Positions 21,040 through 31,299 of a DNA stretch of 62,746 nucleotides are shown here, piece after piece (position 1 is the stretch's first letter; each line of letters starts with the position of its first letter). The stretch comes from Patescibacteria group bacterium (GTDB taxonomy: Bacteria > Patescibacteriota > Dojkabacteria > JAHIVN01). The DNA is taken from contig JBDRHZ010000022.1 of the NCBI GenBank assembly GCA_043816305.1, positions 1 to 62,746 on the forward strand, given 5' to 3'. A program made the translations under genes and the position numbers. A model generated the notes under the pieces. The model was not told the DNA's origin and searched no databases. It was given only the letters and a program-made list of their open reading frames with translations.

Positions 21040-23459
21040 TTCTTCGAATTTCCAACTCTAAAGTGTTTTATGGTCTCAACGATCAGTGTTGCGATGATGC
21101 CTGTTCCTAGAATAAAGCCCCAATACTTCAATTCAAGAGGCTTTGTTCCTAGTATCGAATTGAGCGGGCTTGTATAAACTGCGAGAAGTATCAGGATGAA
21201 TCCGTAGATTACAGCAAGATTTAAGTACTTGTTCCGGAAGAGATTCCTTGTTCTAAAAAGAGATAATTTCAGATCTTTGAATGCGAATATATAAATTAGG
21301 CTGACAACACCAAGAGTGGAAAATGCAAGTGTTCTAGCTAAATCCAGGTCATTTGTATTTATATAGGTTATCCGGAAGATGAGAAGTCCAGCTACTCCGA
21401 CGAGTAAGCTGACTGAGAATATCAAGAATTTAACTGAACTATCTAAGATTTTATCTCTAATTATATTTCGAGGTTTTTCTTTCAGGAGATCTCTTTGCGA
21501 TGACTCAAAACCAAGTACAATGTCCGGAGGCCCATCGCAGATCAGGTGTATCCATAAAATTTGTACGATGGTTAGAGGGATCGGAAGGTCAAGCAGCATA
21601 GATCCAAAAATGAGAATCATCTCGGCAAAAGAATTTGAAAGGACATAGCCGATCACCTTTTTGATGTTTTCAAAGATAAGCCTGCCTTCCTCGACTGCCG
21701 CAACTATTGTTTTGAAATTATTATCAAGCAGAATTAGATCCCCAGCCTCTTTCGCTACATCTGTAGAATCTCCCATTACAACCCCGATATCGGCCTTTTT
21801 CAGAGCCTGGGCGTCATTTACTCCATCTCCTGTCATAGCGACAACCTTTCCGATTTTCTGAAGAGCCTGTACTATTCTCAATTTATGATGCGGAGTCACC
21901 CTTGTAAATAGAACGATATTGTCAATCATAGAAAGCAGCTCTTTACCAGACAGTTTCTCTAAGTCTTTCCCCTCAAGGACGTCCTTCTTATCCAATGAAA
22001 ACCCCAGGTTGTATGCGACTTTTTCTGCTGTTTTGCGGTAATCACCAGTGATAATTTTCACTTCGATTCCTGCTCCCTGAGCCTTCTTTATGACTCCTTG
22101 AGCCTCTTCTCTAAGCGGATCCTTTACTCCGACAAGGCCAAGCCAAGTAAAATCCCGCTTTTCTTTCAAGTTCCCTTCTTCTTTTGATGCGACACCGAGA
22201 ATTCTCAGGCCCTCATCGGCCCACTCTTCTATCTTTCTCAGAATTTTTACTTCTTCCGTCTTATTGAGACTACAGAAACCAACGAGAATCTCGGGTGCTC
22301 CTACGATAAATGCTACTTCTTTATTATTGATTTTGTTTATGGAAAATGTATGTTTTCTGGAACTATCAAATGGTTCATCATAAATTTTTTCATTGCCGTT
22401 GATTAATTGTCTGCTTTTATGATTTCCGTTTTTGCTAGCATATTCCCAAAGCGCAAGTTCTAGATTCGTTTTTTGTTCATTGTTTAGAAGAATTCCCATC
22501 AGTGCTTTGTTGGGATCTGAAAATTCCCCTTTTACTACCTGCATAATGCCCTGCGTGAGTGTGCCAGTTTTGTCGAGACAGATAACTGAAGTCGCTCCTA
22601 ACGTTTCAACAGATAGCAGCTGTTTGACTAAGCCTTTTCTTTTTAGAATTCTTTTTATCCCGATAGAAAGAATTATTGTTACAGCGATAGGGAGCCCTTC
22701 CGGGATTGCTGCGATCGAAAGGATGACAGATATCCGAAGCATCTTTAAGACTTCCTCTCCATGGAAAAATCCTGCGATGAATATCAGCATGCAGATGACG
22801 ATTACAATGACGCTGAGTGATCTAGCAAATTTCTCGAGCGAAAGCTGTAGCGGGGTTTTCTCATCTTTAATTTCTGAAAGACTCTTCCCGATCTTTCCGA
22901 TCTCAGTTCCCAAACCGGTTTTCGTGACCTTCATTATCCCTTTACCAGAAATTACTGTCGTTCCCATGAAGAGCCTATCATCGATTTTTTTAGATATAGC
23001 TTCTTCTTCACCTGTGAGCATAGCCTCTTTGACGAGAAGGTTCGTCCCAACGATGAGAATCCCATCTGCAGGTATTCTGTCTCCGATACCGAGAACTATG
23101 ATGTCATCCGGAACGATATTCTCCACACCTATCAGTTTTCTCACACCTTCACGGATAGAGAGAGCCTTTGGACGAATAATGTTCTTCAGAGCAGACAGGG
23201 TTTTCTGAGCACTATACTCCTGGAAATACCCCATACATATATTCAGAAATATTACGCTGGAGATGAGAGTTGCGTCGAAGAATTCTCTAAAGAAAAGTGA
23301 TACGAGCAAAACGAATATCAGAATGTAGATAAGCGGACTTTTAAACTGTTGGAGAAGTATGGTGAGCTTAGCAGCTTTTTCTTTTTCAGGTAGAATATTT
23401 TGGCCAAATTCCAGGCGTTTCTCTAAGACTTCTTTATAAGTGAGGCCAGTTAGTTTCAT
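21036..23459 (-). CDS. Cation-transporting P-type ATPase (P2-type, Ca2+/Mg2+-like)
   Basis: 807 aa with TGEE, phosphorylation motif CLDKTGTLTQG, KGAPE-like GAPEIL, MTGDGVNDAQALKKADIGV and about 10 TM segments. Confidence 0.9.
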   Translation of the reverse strand: MKLTGLTYKEVLEKRLEFGQNILPEKEKAAKLTILLQQFKSPLIYILIFVLLVSLFFREFFDATLISSVIFLNICMGYFQEYSAQKTLSALKNIIRPKALSIREGVRKLIGVENIVPDDIIVLGIGDRIPADGILIVGTNLLVKEAMLTGEEEAISKKIDDRLFMGTTVISGKGIMKVTKTGLGTEIGKIGKSLSEIKDEKTPLQLSLEKFARSLSVIVIVICMLIFIAGFFHGEEVLKMLRISVILSIAAIPEGLPIAVTIILSIGIKRILKRKGLVKQLLSVETLGATSVICLDKTGTLTQGIMQVVKGEFSDPNKALMGILLNNEQKTNLELALWEYASKNGNHKSRQLINGNEKIYDEPFDSSRKHTFSINKINNKEVAFIVGAPEILVGFCSLNKTEEVKILRKIEEWADEGLRILGVASKEEGNLKEKRDFTWLGLVGVKDPLREEAQGVIKKAQGAGIEVKIITGDYRKTAEKVAYNLGFSLDKKDVLEGKDLEKLSGKELLSMIDNIVLFTRVTPHHKLRIVQALQKIGKVVAMTGDGVNDAQALKKADIGVVMGDSTDVAKEAGDLILLDNNFKTIVAAVEEGRLIFENIKKVIGYVLSNSFAEMILIFGSMLLDLPIPLTIVQILWIHLICDGPPDIVLGFESSQRDLLKEKPRNIIRDKILDSSVKFLIFSVSLLVGVAGLLIFRITYINTNDLDLARTLAFSTLGVVSLIYIFAFKDLKLSLFRTRNLFRNKYLNLAVIYGFILILLAVYTSPLNSILGTKPLELKYWGFILGTGIIATLIVETIKHFRVGNSKK

Positions 23460-23467
23460 CGTATAAA

Positions 23468-24208
23468 CTATATATGTACAAACTCTTTAAGAGTAAACAT
23501 TATCACAATTCCTATGATAAAAATAATGAAGTGCAAGAGGTTCTTTTTTAGACTGACTTCTTTCTTCATTTCAGGAAGCAGGTCAGATGCTGCTATATAG
23601 ATAAATCCCCCAGCTGCAATCGGGAGAAAGTATGGTGTGATATCGTTTACTTGTTGACCTATGCTGTAGCCTACTATACCTCCTAGGATCACAACTGCAG
23701 CAACCAGAAAGTTTAATAGAACCGCTTTTTTTTGCTTAAACCCAGCATAGAGAAGTACTCCGAAGTCACTTATCTCCTGAGGGATTTCATGAAGAGCAAT
23801 TGCTATTGTCGTTACAATACCTAACTCAACACTTACTAGAAATGAAGATGCTATTATCAGCCCGTCTATGAAGTTGTGAATTCCGTCACCGATAAGATTC
23901 AGATAACCGAAATGGTGCTTTTCGCATGGCTCGTCGTGGCAGTGATGCCAGTGCAGAAGCTTCTCTATTAGAAAGAAAAGTGAAAATGAAGTCAGAACTA
24001 AGAGTGAAGCTTTTAAGGGTTCAAGTTTTTCATAGGCTTCAGGGATAAGATGTAGAAATGCACCTCCAAGCATAGTTCCTGCAGAAAGTGAGACAAGTAA
24101 GAGAAGGCTTCTTTGCAGAATTTTCTTATTCACAGAAATGGTGAAAATCCCTATGAGAGAGCCAAGAGTTATCAAAAATGTTGAGCTGAGAATATAGAAA
24201 ATTGTCAT
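23468..24208 (-). CDS. ZIP-family divalent metal transporter
   Basis: 246 aa polytopic protein with HNFIDGL and HEIPQEISDFGVL signatures and a His/Cys-rich loop (HWHHCHDEPCEKHH). Confidence 0.85.
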   Translation of the reverse strand: MTIFYILSSTFLITLGSLIGIFTISVNKKILQRSLLLLVSLSAGTMLGGAFLHLIPEAYEKLEPLKASLLVLTSFSLFFLIEKLLHWHHCHDEPCEKHHFGYLNLIGDGIHNFIDGLIIASSFLVSVELGIVTTIAIALHEIPQEISDFGVLLYAGFKQKKAVLLNFLVAAVVILGGIVGYSIGQQVNDITPYFLPIAAGGFIYIAASDLLPEMKKEVSLKKNLLHFIIFIIGIVIMFTLKEFVHI

Positions 24209-24296
24209 GTTTTACTAAAATTTCAGATTATCTTATCATGATTCTGTCGGGCTGCCTATTAGTTAGGATATGTTATATGAGAACAATTCTATTAAC

Positions 24297-25544
24297 TTAA
24301 GGCTCTAAAGACATTTCTCCAAGCAGAAGCATTGTTCTGTAAGTAGAAATGCAAGCTCCGTCGACATTGACTCCGGTAACATTTTTTATTTGTTCAGCTA
24401 TATCATCCAGGCTGACGCCCTGCACTGTAGCTTTGAGTACGATTTGTTCCATAAAGGTCAAAGGAGTTCTTGGTCGATTCATAAATCTGTAAAATTTATG
24501 AATGGCCTCAACTTCTCTTGGAATTATTGTTGCCCTTGTTCTTGCTTCCCATGAAGCGAGTAATCTGTAGAATTCTGGAGCGTTTCTTGCCTTAAGAATT
24601 GTTTCTATTTCCCATGCCATTTCTTCGTCTTGTATGTAAACCGGTGCATATTGTGGGTATGTAGAATAATCGTGAAAAAGTTTAAGCAGAGTTCTACTCC
24701 AGCAACCAAGCATATATTCTTTTTGATAAGGCGATCCGGTGAGAATTGTTTGTAGAACGAACTCAGCTCTCATAGACATATATAGTTGTCTATGAAGAGT
24801 TGGATGAATGTCGAGTTGTTTTGCGGCTTTATCAACAAGACCGAGAGTCGTGTATGCTGATCCATGGACTCTTCTTGTCCTTGACCTTATCAATACAGCT
24901 GTAATGTCACGAAAGAGACTTGTTTTATGTGGAGGAGTAACCTCTCCATGAAGCATCAGCTTTCCAAGCACTCCCAGTAAGAGTCTTGCACCTGTATCTC
25001 TGCCAGCCAGTATCCAGTATCGGGTTAGATAATCGACAACGATATCTAATGATGAATCTCGATTTATTAATAATTCATCAAATCTATGTCCCATTGCCTC
25101 AAGCAGTCTGATATGTGGAATCTGGGGTTCTACGCTTTGGTGAGCTGGATAAATTGACTCTGGAGTTATAGGCGAGAGTGGGCCAAGCATGTGAGAGAAT
25201 GCATCAGAGAGAAAAAAGCATCTTTGGGACACGATGTCCTGTATGATGATTCCAGCCGCCCTTCCTGCTATAGGTACAAAGGGCCAAGTAAGTACTTGAA
25301 TTGCTGCTCCAAATTTCATTTGAATAGGCAATGATGCTATGTCGATGCTCTCTGCTTTTAACGCGCCATAAATTGGCCAAACTGGTATATTGTCAGTGAA
25401 GTCTACTATTCTTTCTGAAGGACTCAGAACACCTCTTGTACCAGGTTTAAACTCTTTAGGGAATCTCATTTTGACTTCTGGAGCTTCAGATTTTCTAGAT
25501 CTTAAACCCCGACGTGAAATTTGTATGTATTCTAACTCTGCCAT
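24297..25544 (-). CDS. Orphan 415-aa protein, possible C-terminal LuxR/GerE-like HTH
   Basis: The C-terminus LTFMEQIVLKATVQGVSLDDIAEQIKNVTGVNVDGACISTYRTMLLLG loosely follows the GerE HTH pattern. The rest is unrecognisable. Confidence 0.5.
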   Translation of the reverse strand: MAELEYIQISRRGLRSRKSEAPEVKMRFPKEFKPGTRGVLSPSERIVDFTDNIPVWPIYGALKAESIDIASLPIQMKFGAAIQVLTWPFVPIAGRAAGIIIQDIVSQRCFFLSDAFSHMLGPLSPITPESIYPAHQSVEPQIPHIRLLEAMGHRFDELLINRDSSLDIVVDYLTRYWILAGRDTGARLLLGVLGKLMLHGEVTPPHKTSLFRDITAVLIRSRTRRVHGSAYTTLGLVDKAAKQLDIHPTLHRQLYMSMRAEFVLQTILTGSPYQKEYMLGCWSRTLLKLFHDYSTYPQYAPVYIQDEEMAWEIETILKARNAPEFYRLLASWEARTRATIIPREVEAIHKFYRFMNRPRTPLTFMEQIVLKATVQGVSLDDIAEQIKNVTGVNVDGACISTYRTMLLLGEMSLEP

Positions 25545-25754
25545 ATTTCCATGAGACTATGGGATATTATATTATAGTTAAAATTAGAATAAAATAGATT
25601 CAGATTTTAAATGAAACGTGTTTAAGAAAGATGATTATTGATTTGAGTAGTTTGGTTATTGACACTTCATTGCAGCCTGCTGTTATAGGATCTTTTTTGA
25701 GATGGTGTTGCGACTTTGATATAATCTTCTCGGATAATTAAGTATTCTTGATAT

Positions 25755-26744
25755 ATGTTTACCCATATAGATGAGAGTTTAATGTTTTCTAATCGGAAAT
25801 TTGAAGAAATTCAAAGCTTCGGAAACTGTACTACTGGGAGAGAAAGGCTGAGTAGAGTCTTTCTGCAGGGAGTTGATCCGGAGCGAGCCGATTTTTTAGC
25901 GGCCAATCTTTGTCATAGAAGCGAATTATGGGCATTTACAGGTTCTCCTTCTACACAAATAATGAACATGCTAGGTAGTTTAGGCTTTTTAAATCCCCTC
26001 CCCTTTGAATTTAGTGTTTACAGAATGACAGCTGAGTTGAGGACAGCAGTATTTGAGGAATTGTTCCAAATCATTGAGAGACATAACGAACTTTTACAAC
26101 AAGTACAACCAATAGAATTACAGCTTCCACAAAAGGCAGATTTTGGTCTGAGGATGGAATATACTTCTTCCAGTTGGGGCGGGATCGGCGCTATTCGTTT
26201 TTATATGAAAGATACCCAAACAGAAGATTGGATTCCGGTTTATATTCTTAGGGGAAATCCTCACGCAGATGTCTTTGATGTTATCTGTATTCAGAGCTGG
26301 ATCTCTGAACTTGAACCTTCTATCAAGTATCTGACTCTAGGAAAAAGCAGTATTCTTGGTAATATTTACGGAAGATTAAATATTCCTATTAAACAAACAG
26401 TTAAGTCTTCTTCACGACTACAGCGTAGGTTTGTACGCAATATAAATGCAGGCAGACGGGATCTTTCAGAGGTAGATATAGAGGATGCAGTACTAATATT
26501 GGGAATAGCATATCTGGCAAAGTTTGACTTTCATAAATTTAGAGGTTTATCTCAAGAGATTCGAACATGTTTAGATGATCCAGAGATAATTGCAATGTAC
26601 TCGGTTGATTATAAGCGGCTTTTTGGCCGTTGGTTTCAACCAGTTGCTGATCAACAATATCCTTGGGCACAAAGCATAGAAGCAGACTCTCTGGTTCAGG
26701 AAATTCCAGATCGATTGTTGGAACTGTTCAAGATGTTTCGGTGA
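25755..26744 (+). CDS. Orphan 329-aa protein
   Basis: Intact ORF divergent from 24297..25544. No motif recognised. Confidence 0.5.
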   Translation: MFTHIDESLMFSNRKFEEIQSFGNCTTGRERLSRVFLQGVDPERADFLAANLCHRSELWAFTGSPSTQIMNMLGSLGFLNPLPFEFSVYRMTAELRTAVFEELFQIIERHNELLQQVQPIELQLPQKADFGLRMEYTSSSWGGIGAIRFYMKDTQTEDWIPVYILRGNPHADVFDVICIQSWISELEPSIKYLTLGKSSILGNIYGRLNIPIKQTVKSSSRLQRRFVRNINAGRRDLSEVDIEDAVLILGIAYLAKFDFHKFRGLSQEIRTCLDDPEIIAMYSVDYKRLFGRWFQPVADQQYPWAQSIEADSLVQEIPDRLLELFKMFR

Positions 26745-26831
26745 TATGCCTCCGACTTCTCTGTCTGTTGGTAAGCATTATAAAAAGGTGCTACCATATT
26801 TCCTGGTTAAATTTTAGTATTTATTCAAAAC

Positions 26832-27047
26832 ATGAAAAAATTCAAAAAAATCGCTGAGGAAGAGATGAGTGCTTTTGAGCAGTTTGTGCAGAATCTTGAG
26901 TATCCGATCTCAAAGGAAGATCTTATGACACAGGCAGAGAAAGGTGAGCTGGAAGAATATATCGTGGAACTTCTGTCTCAACTTGATAATGGAGTTTATA
27001 ATGATCCTGATATGCTGTCAGAAGCTATAGGAGTGTTGAATGAGTAG
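26832..27047 (+). CDS. Small acidic protein, DUF2795-like
   Basis: LEYPISKEDLMTQAEKGELEEYIVELLSQL...Y..P resembles the DUF2795 pattern (YPA.K..L...A...GA...V...L..LP...Y..P). Confidence 0.4.
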   Translation: MKKFKKIAEEEMSAFEQFVQNLEYPISKEDLMTQAEKGELEEYIVELLSQLDNGVYNDPDMLSEAIGVLNE

Positions 27048-27052
27048 ACCTA

Positions 27053-28303
27053 TTATTGTATGTTGTTTCCAGCAACCCAGCCTGAGCTCCATGCCCACTG
27101 AAGATTGAATCCGCCGCTCTGTCCGTCTATGTCGATGACTTCGCCACAAAAATACAGCCCTGGTGTAGTTTTTGATTCCATAGTTTTTGAGTCGATTTCC
27201 TTCGTGCTAACACCGCCTGCAGTGAATTGTGCGATTTCCCAGCCAAGGACATCAGTGACCAGTAACCGGTAATCAGTGACTAACTTGATTATTTTATGGA
27301 TTGTTGCGTTTGAGGTCTGCTTGCTTTTTTCTTCCGGATTTATATTTTCATTTTTGAGAATGGTAGGAAGTACCTTTTTTGGAAGCATGCCGGTAAACTG
27401 GTTTCCTATTCCTCTGTCAGGGTGAGAAGAGATCCTCTCTTTCAGAAGTTTATAAAGCTGTTCCTCCGTGTATTCGGGAAAGAGGTTTAAAGAACAGGTT
27501 ATTTTTGCGGATTTATTTTCTTGCAGAATTTTTGAGACTTCTCTGCTTGATTCAAGTACCGCTGGCGCAGACAAGCCCAAATGTGTAAAGAGAACTTCAT
27601 CGGTAACTTCGGAAACCTTTTTATCGTTGAGGTATATTCTCAGAACAGCATCTATCTTTATGCCTTGAAGCTTATTGCATACAGGGTTTTGAATCCGAAA
27701 TGGCACTGAAGCAGGGAATGGATTAACGATCTTATGCCCAAGCTGCTCGGCAAATCTGTGGCCATCCCCAGTTGATCCGGTTCGCGGAAAGCTTTTGCCT
27801 CCAGTAGCTATTATGACTTTTTCGAAATAATGTTTTTTGTTCTGGTAAGTGACTATTTCAAAATGTGTTTTACTGTTATCTGTTAATTGTTTACTATAAT
27901 CTATTCTCTTTATCTTCTGGTTGTAAAAGATCTCAACTTCCAATCTGTCCAATTCTTCCTCTAGAACGTCTATTACCGATTGGGCTTGATTGCTTCTTGG
28001 AAAAAGCCGTCCTCGGTCCTCCTCTATCAATACTAAACCCAAGTCTTTGAAAAACTGGATTGTGTCCAGATTTGAATGCTGGGCAAGTACAGAGGCTGTG
28101 AACTTTGGGGTGGTGCCTTTGTAGTTTTGCCAGGTAACGTTTGTGTTTGTGATATTGCAACGTCCGTTTCCTGTTAAAAGTATCTTTTTCCCAAGCTTAT
28201 CGTTTTTTTCGAAAATGGTTACAGAATTTTCTTTCCTTGCTGCTGCTATGGCAGCCATCATGCCGGAAGCTCCTCCCCCGATTATTGCTACTTTGGTTGA
28301 CAT
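27053..28303 (-). CDS. NAD(P)/FAD-dependent oxidoreductase, HI0933/BaiN-like flavoprotein family
   Basis: VAIIGGGASGMMAAIAAA dinucleotide fold, LLTGNGRCNITN, ATGGKSFPRTGSTGDG and C-terminal GLYFCGEVIDIDGQSGGFNLQWAWSSG. Confidence 0.85.
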   Translation of the reverse strand: MSTKVAIIGGGASGMMAAIAAARKENSVTIFEKNDKLGKKILLTGNGRCNITNTNVTWQNYKGTTPKFTASVLAQHSNLDTIQFFKDLGLVLIEEDRGRLFPRSNQAQSVIDVLEEELDRLEVEIFYNQKIKRIDYSKQLTDNSKTHFEIVTYQNKKHYFEKVIIATGGKSFPRTGSTGDGHRFAEQLGHKIVNPFPASVPFRIQNPVCNKLQGIKIDAVLRIYLNDKKVSEVTDEVLFTHLGLSAPAVLESSREVSKILQENKSAKITCSLNLFPEYTEEQLYKLLKERISSHPDRGIGNQFTGMLPKKVLPTILKNENINPEEKSKQTSNATIHKIIKLVTDYRLLVTDVLGWEIAQFTAGGVSTKEIDSKTMESKTTPGLYFCGEVIDIDGQSGGFNLQWAWSSGWVAGNNIQ

Positions 28304-28466
28304 AGATTTGGGAAACTAATTAAGATGGGTAAAGTATATAGTAAAGAACAGACTACGTACAGGAGTTGATAAATAATCAGTATTTATAGTTAAGTTTAAA
28401 TTGAGTTTGTTCTTGATGAAAAGGTAGAACGAAATCCAAATTATTTGGAAGATTAATATTAAGGAA

Positions 28467-28796
28467 CTATACAGGTACTATTTCTCTTATGTGCATTTCT
28501 GTTGTCTCGGTGACGATAAAGGACTCTGATGTTCTAGTATTAGTAACTAATCGTCCTTGAACAGTATTGTTCTGGAGTCCTTCAGCCTGAATAGCCGGAC
28601 CCACAAGGAGGACATCCTCATTGTAAATGCGATCTTGACTAGGTGTAAATATGATTTTATAAACCGTATCTGGATTTCCAGAAACTCGGGGTACTGGTAT
28701 AGAACCGGTTTCTGGTCCAAGGATTAAAATAACAGGTGAACCCTCGTATAAGGCAAGCTGTTTATGAATAGGTGCTTTTTCAGAAAATTCAGTCAT
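28467..28796 (-). CDS. Orphan 109-aa protein
   Basis: Isolated intact ORF with no motif. Confidence 0.4.
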   Translation of the reverse strand: MTEFSEKAPIHKQLALYEGSPVILILGPETGSIPVPRVSGNPDTVYKIIFTPSQDRIYNEDVLLVGPAIQAEGLQNNTVQGRLVTNTRTSESFIVTETTEMHIREIVPV

Positions 28797-28996
28797 TTAA
28801 AGTAGATTTAAATTATATGTCGATTATATCACATAAATTTGCTATGGGTCGAGCGTATAATAAAGTTGAAAAAAGATAAGTAGAAAACAGATTATAGAGA
28901 ATTGGTAAGGCCTAAATAGAAAAGATAAAGTATCACGATCAACAAAGAGGACATTGTAAATGGCTTTTAGCTTACCGCTGATTGCTGAAAGCTTAT

Positions 28997-30298
28997 TTAC
29001 AGAAAATTCACATGACAATAAATCGAAATCTTTCCTGTCTGGCAGTTCACATCTTCACATACCTTTATACAAGGATTAATTGGGCCGGTACAGCCTACCG
29101 AACACCAGCTATTGCTGCAAGAAGGAGTTTCTTCAAAGTAGTATCCTTTATGTGAAGCTTTGACATATTTGCTCGGGCCAGCGATCAGATCGAGTGCTTG
29201 ATGATACCAAGTGTATCCACGAGACGAATAAAACGGATTATCATAGGGATAGCGGATTGCACCTGAGCCGCTGCAAATTCCCCAGTTGAACTGTTCATAC
29301 GGAAGATACGAGCAGGGATTCACCCAGTTGTCGCGTCCGATTGCGAAGCCAAAGTGAGTATGAGGACCGGTCGAACAGCCATTATTTCCTTCAGTTGCTA
29401 TAACTTGTCCCTTTACTACATAGCCTTTTGGTTTTGTGGCACTGTTTACTATCTGCTGTAGTATATAATCAAGTTCGGCTTCTTTCTTCTTTTCAGCATC
29501 GCTTAGATTCGCATATTGATCGCCATAATAAGCAGCCGCTACCTGGGAGTCCTGGAGCATCTGACTTTTCTGTGAAGCCTGGGAAGCGAGCTGTTCCTTG
29601 TCTTTCTCGAGCAACTCTTTTTGTTTTGTTATCTGCTCGGCAAGTTTTTCTACTTCAAGCTTATCATCTTCCAGTTTTTGTTTTTCCTCCTCAAGTACGG
29701 TTTTCTGCGTTATCAAATTCGCAAGAGCATTTTGATCATAAGCTCCCAGGGCTGTGTGATACTGTATCTGGCTTAGGAAGTCTTCGCTTTTATCTGCTGT
29801 CAGGAGTTTATCTATCAGAGTATTTGTCTTTTCATCTATATAGATGGTTGAAATGATATCATTTGCAACTAGCTGGAGTTCAGTTACATCTCCTTCGATA
29901 CCTTCCATCAGAAGTCTCGCCTCTGTGATTTCTTCTTCGAGAATTTTTATTTCGGTTTCCATTTTCTTGATATCGATTTCTTTTTCTTTGATATCTAGTT
30001 TTAACTCAGCGATACTATTCTCAAGAACATAGATCTGCGAAGCGAGTGAATTTTGAAGCTGCTTTTCTGCGGATATCTTAGAATCAAGATCAATCTTTTG
30101 TTGCTTTATCTCTGCCAGTTCTTTCTCGAGCTGTTCCAGCTGATCATACAAGTCATCATTTGTGGCATTTACTCCCCCAAAGCTTGAGAAAACAAACCCC
30201 AGGATGGGAATGAGTGCGAGAATAACAAGAAAGCTGAATATAGTTGTTAGCTGTTTCAAATTGTTTGTTTTCATAGGACTTATAATATTATAAAGCAA
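28997..30298 (-). CDS. Coiled-coil murein hydrolase of the M23/LytM family (EnvC/PcsB-like FtsEX partner); motif order appears permuted
   Basis: Signal anchor, about 230 aa of heptad-rich coiled coil, then GQVIATEGNNGCSTGPHTHFGF (HxH end of M23) followed downstream by YHQALDLIAG (HxxxD) and a Cys-rich tail. It lies directly downstream of ftsE-ftsX. Confidence 0.75.
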   Translation of the reverse strand: MLYNIISPMKTNNLKQLTTIFSFLVILALIPILGFVFSSFGGVNATNDDLYDQLEQLEKELAEIKQQKIDLDSKISAEKQLQNSLASQIYVLENSIAELKLDIKEKEIDIKKMETEIKILEEEITEARLLMEGIEGDVTELQLVANDIISTIYIDEKTNTLIDKLLTADKSEDFLSQIQYHTALGAYDQNALANLITQKTVLEEEKQKLEDDKLEVEKLAEQITKQKELLEKDKEQLASQASQKSQMLQDSQVAAAYYGDQYANLSDAEKKKEAELDYILQQIVNSATKPKGYVVKGQVIATEGNNGCSTGPHTHFGFAIGRDNWVNPCSYLPYEQFNWGICSGSGAIRYPYDNPFYSSRGYTWYHQALDLIAGPSKYVKASHKGYYFEETPSCSNSWCSVGCTGPINPCIKVCEDVNCQTGKISIYCHVNFL

Positions 30299-30322
30299 AT
30301 GTTATCCTTTGAAAATAGCTTA

Positions 30323-31240
30323 TTAAAGTCGTCGAAATACTGCGATTAGACTGTTCAGGCTGCCGATAAATGCACCAACTAAGATCTCTATGCCAAACCA
30401 GATCAATATAAGCTGGGGTGTGATTGCCGGCCAATCAAGGTCTGAAAAGAAATTTGAGATGAATCCCAGTGTGGCAGATTGATCTTTTACCAGATAAAAT
30501 ATTGTTCCTAGGCTGAAGATGATAAGGGAGGAAAAGAATGCGCCTGCTATCCCATAGATAGTTCCCTGTACTATGAAAGGGGCCCTTATATACCACTTTC
30601 CGCCGCCGACAAGCTGCATGATGGATAGTTCGTCTTTTCTGGATATGATGCCCATTTCAACTGTTATGAGTGAGACCAAAAATATTACTATTACCAAAAA
30701 TGTGAAAAGTACCCCGCCAATGATTTTGACCCAGGTGAGCAAGTCCTTCAAGAGATTTGTTGTGTCTTCGTTATATCCTATCTTATAGATAAGTGCTTTG
30801 TCCTTATCAATCGCTTCAAGCTTTGAATTGAGCTCTGGAACGAACTCTATCTTCTTTGCTCTTATCGCAAGACTTGCAGGAAGTGCTTCTGGGGTTATAG
30901 CTCCAAGAATCAGCGGGTTTTCACTATGCCGTCGTCTCAGGAATTCTGCTGCTTCTTCCTGGGTTGTATAAGTGATATAAGCAGTCTTCCCTGAGCCCTC
31001 GAGCTCATTCTTGATTTCTAGGATAGTAGTTTCGTCTACATCTGTATTGAAAAATACTTCAAGATGCTCGCGCGTTTCTACATAATTCATAAATTTAATT
31101 GCAGCGAAGGCAAAAAGACAAAAAGAGGTGAAAACGAGAAATACAAGTGTCATAACAGCTGAAGAGCTAAGTGTCGTTGACCTGTTTCTTGCAAGATCCT
31201 TGAAAGTCGTATTTAGAATGCGTTTTATTTTCGGAAGCAT
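30323..31240 (-). CDS. ftsX: Cell division ABC transporter permease FtsX
   Basis: 305 aa with 4 TM segments and a large first extracellular loop. It lies downstream of ftsE. Confidence 0.85.
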   Translation of the reverse strand: MLPKIKRILNTTFKDLARNRSTTLSSSAVMTLVFLVFTSFCLFAFAAIKFMNYVETREHLEVFFNTDVDETTILEIKNELEGSGKTAYITYTTQEEAAEFLRRRHSENPLILGAITPEALPASLAIRAKKIEFVPELNSKLEAIDKDKALIYKIGYNEDTTNLLKDLLTWVKIIGGVLFTFLVIVIFLVSLITVEMGIISRKDELSIMQLVGGGKWYIRAPFIVQGTIYGIAGAFFSSLIIFSLGTIFYLVKDQSATLGFISNFFSDLDWPAITPQLILIWFGIEILVGAFIGSLNSLIAVFRRL

Positions 31241-31299
31241 ATTACTAATTATAAATTTGAAACTTTTGATTCTATAAATACAAACATATGATACAAGAT

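Noticed and set aside
21379-23208. 89-, 66- and 258-aa plus-strand ORFs
   Set aside because: They are antisense shadows of the P-type ATPase gene. They are Ser/Pro/Ile-rich with no motifs.
29428-30032. 142- and 62-aa plus-strand ORFs
   Set aside because: They are antisense to the coiled-coil M23 gene. Repetitive coiled-coil codons generate long antisense frames.
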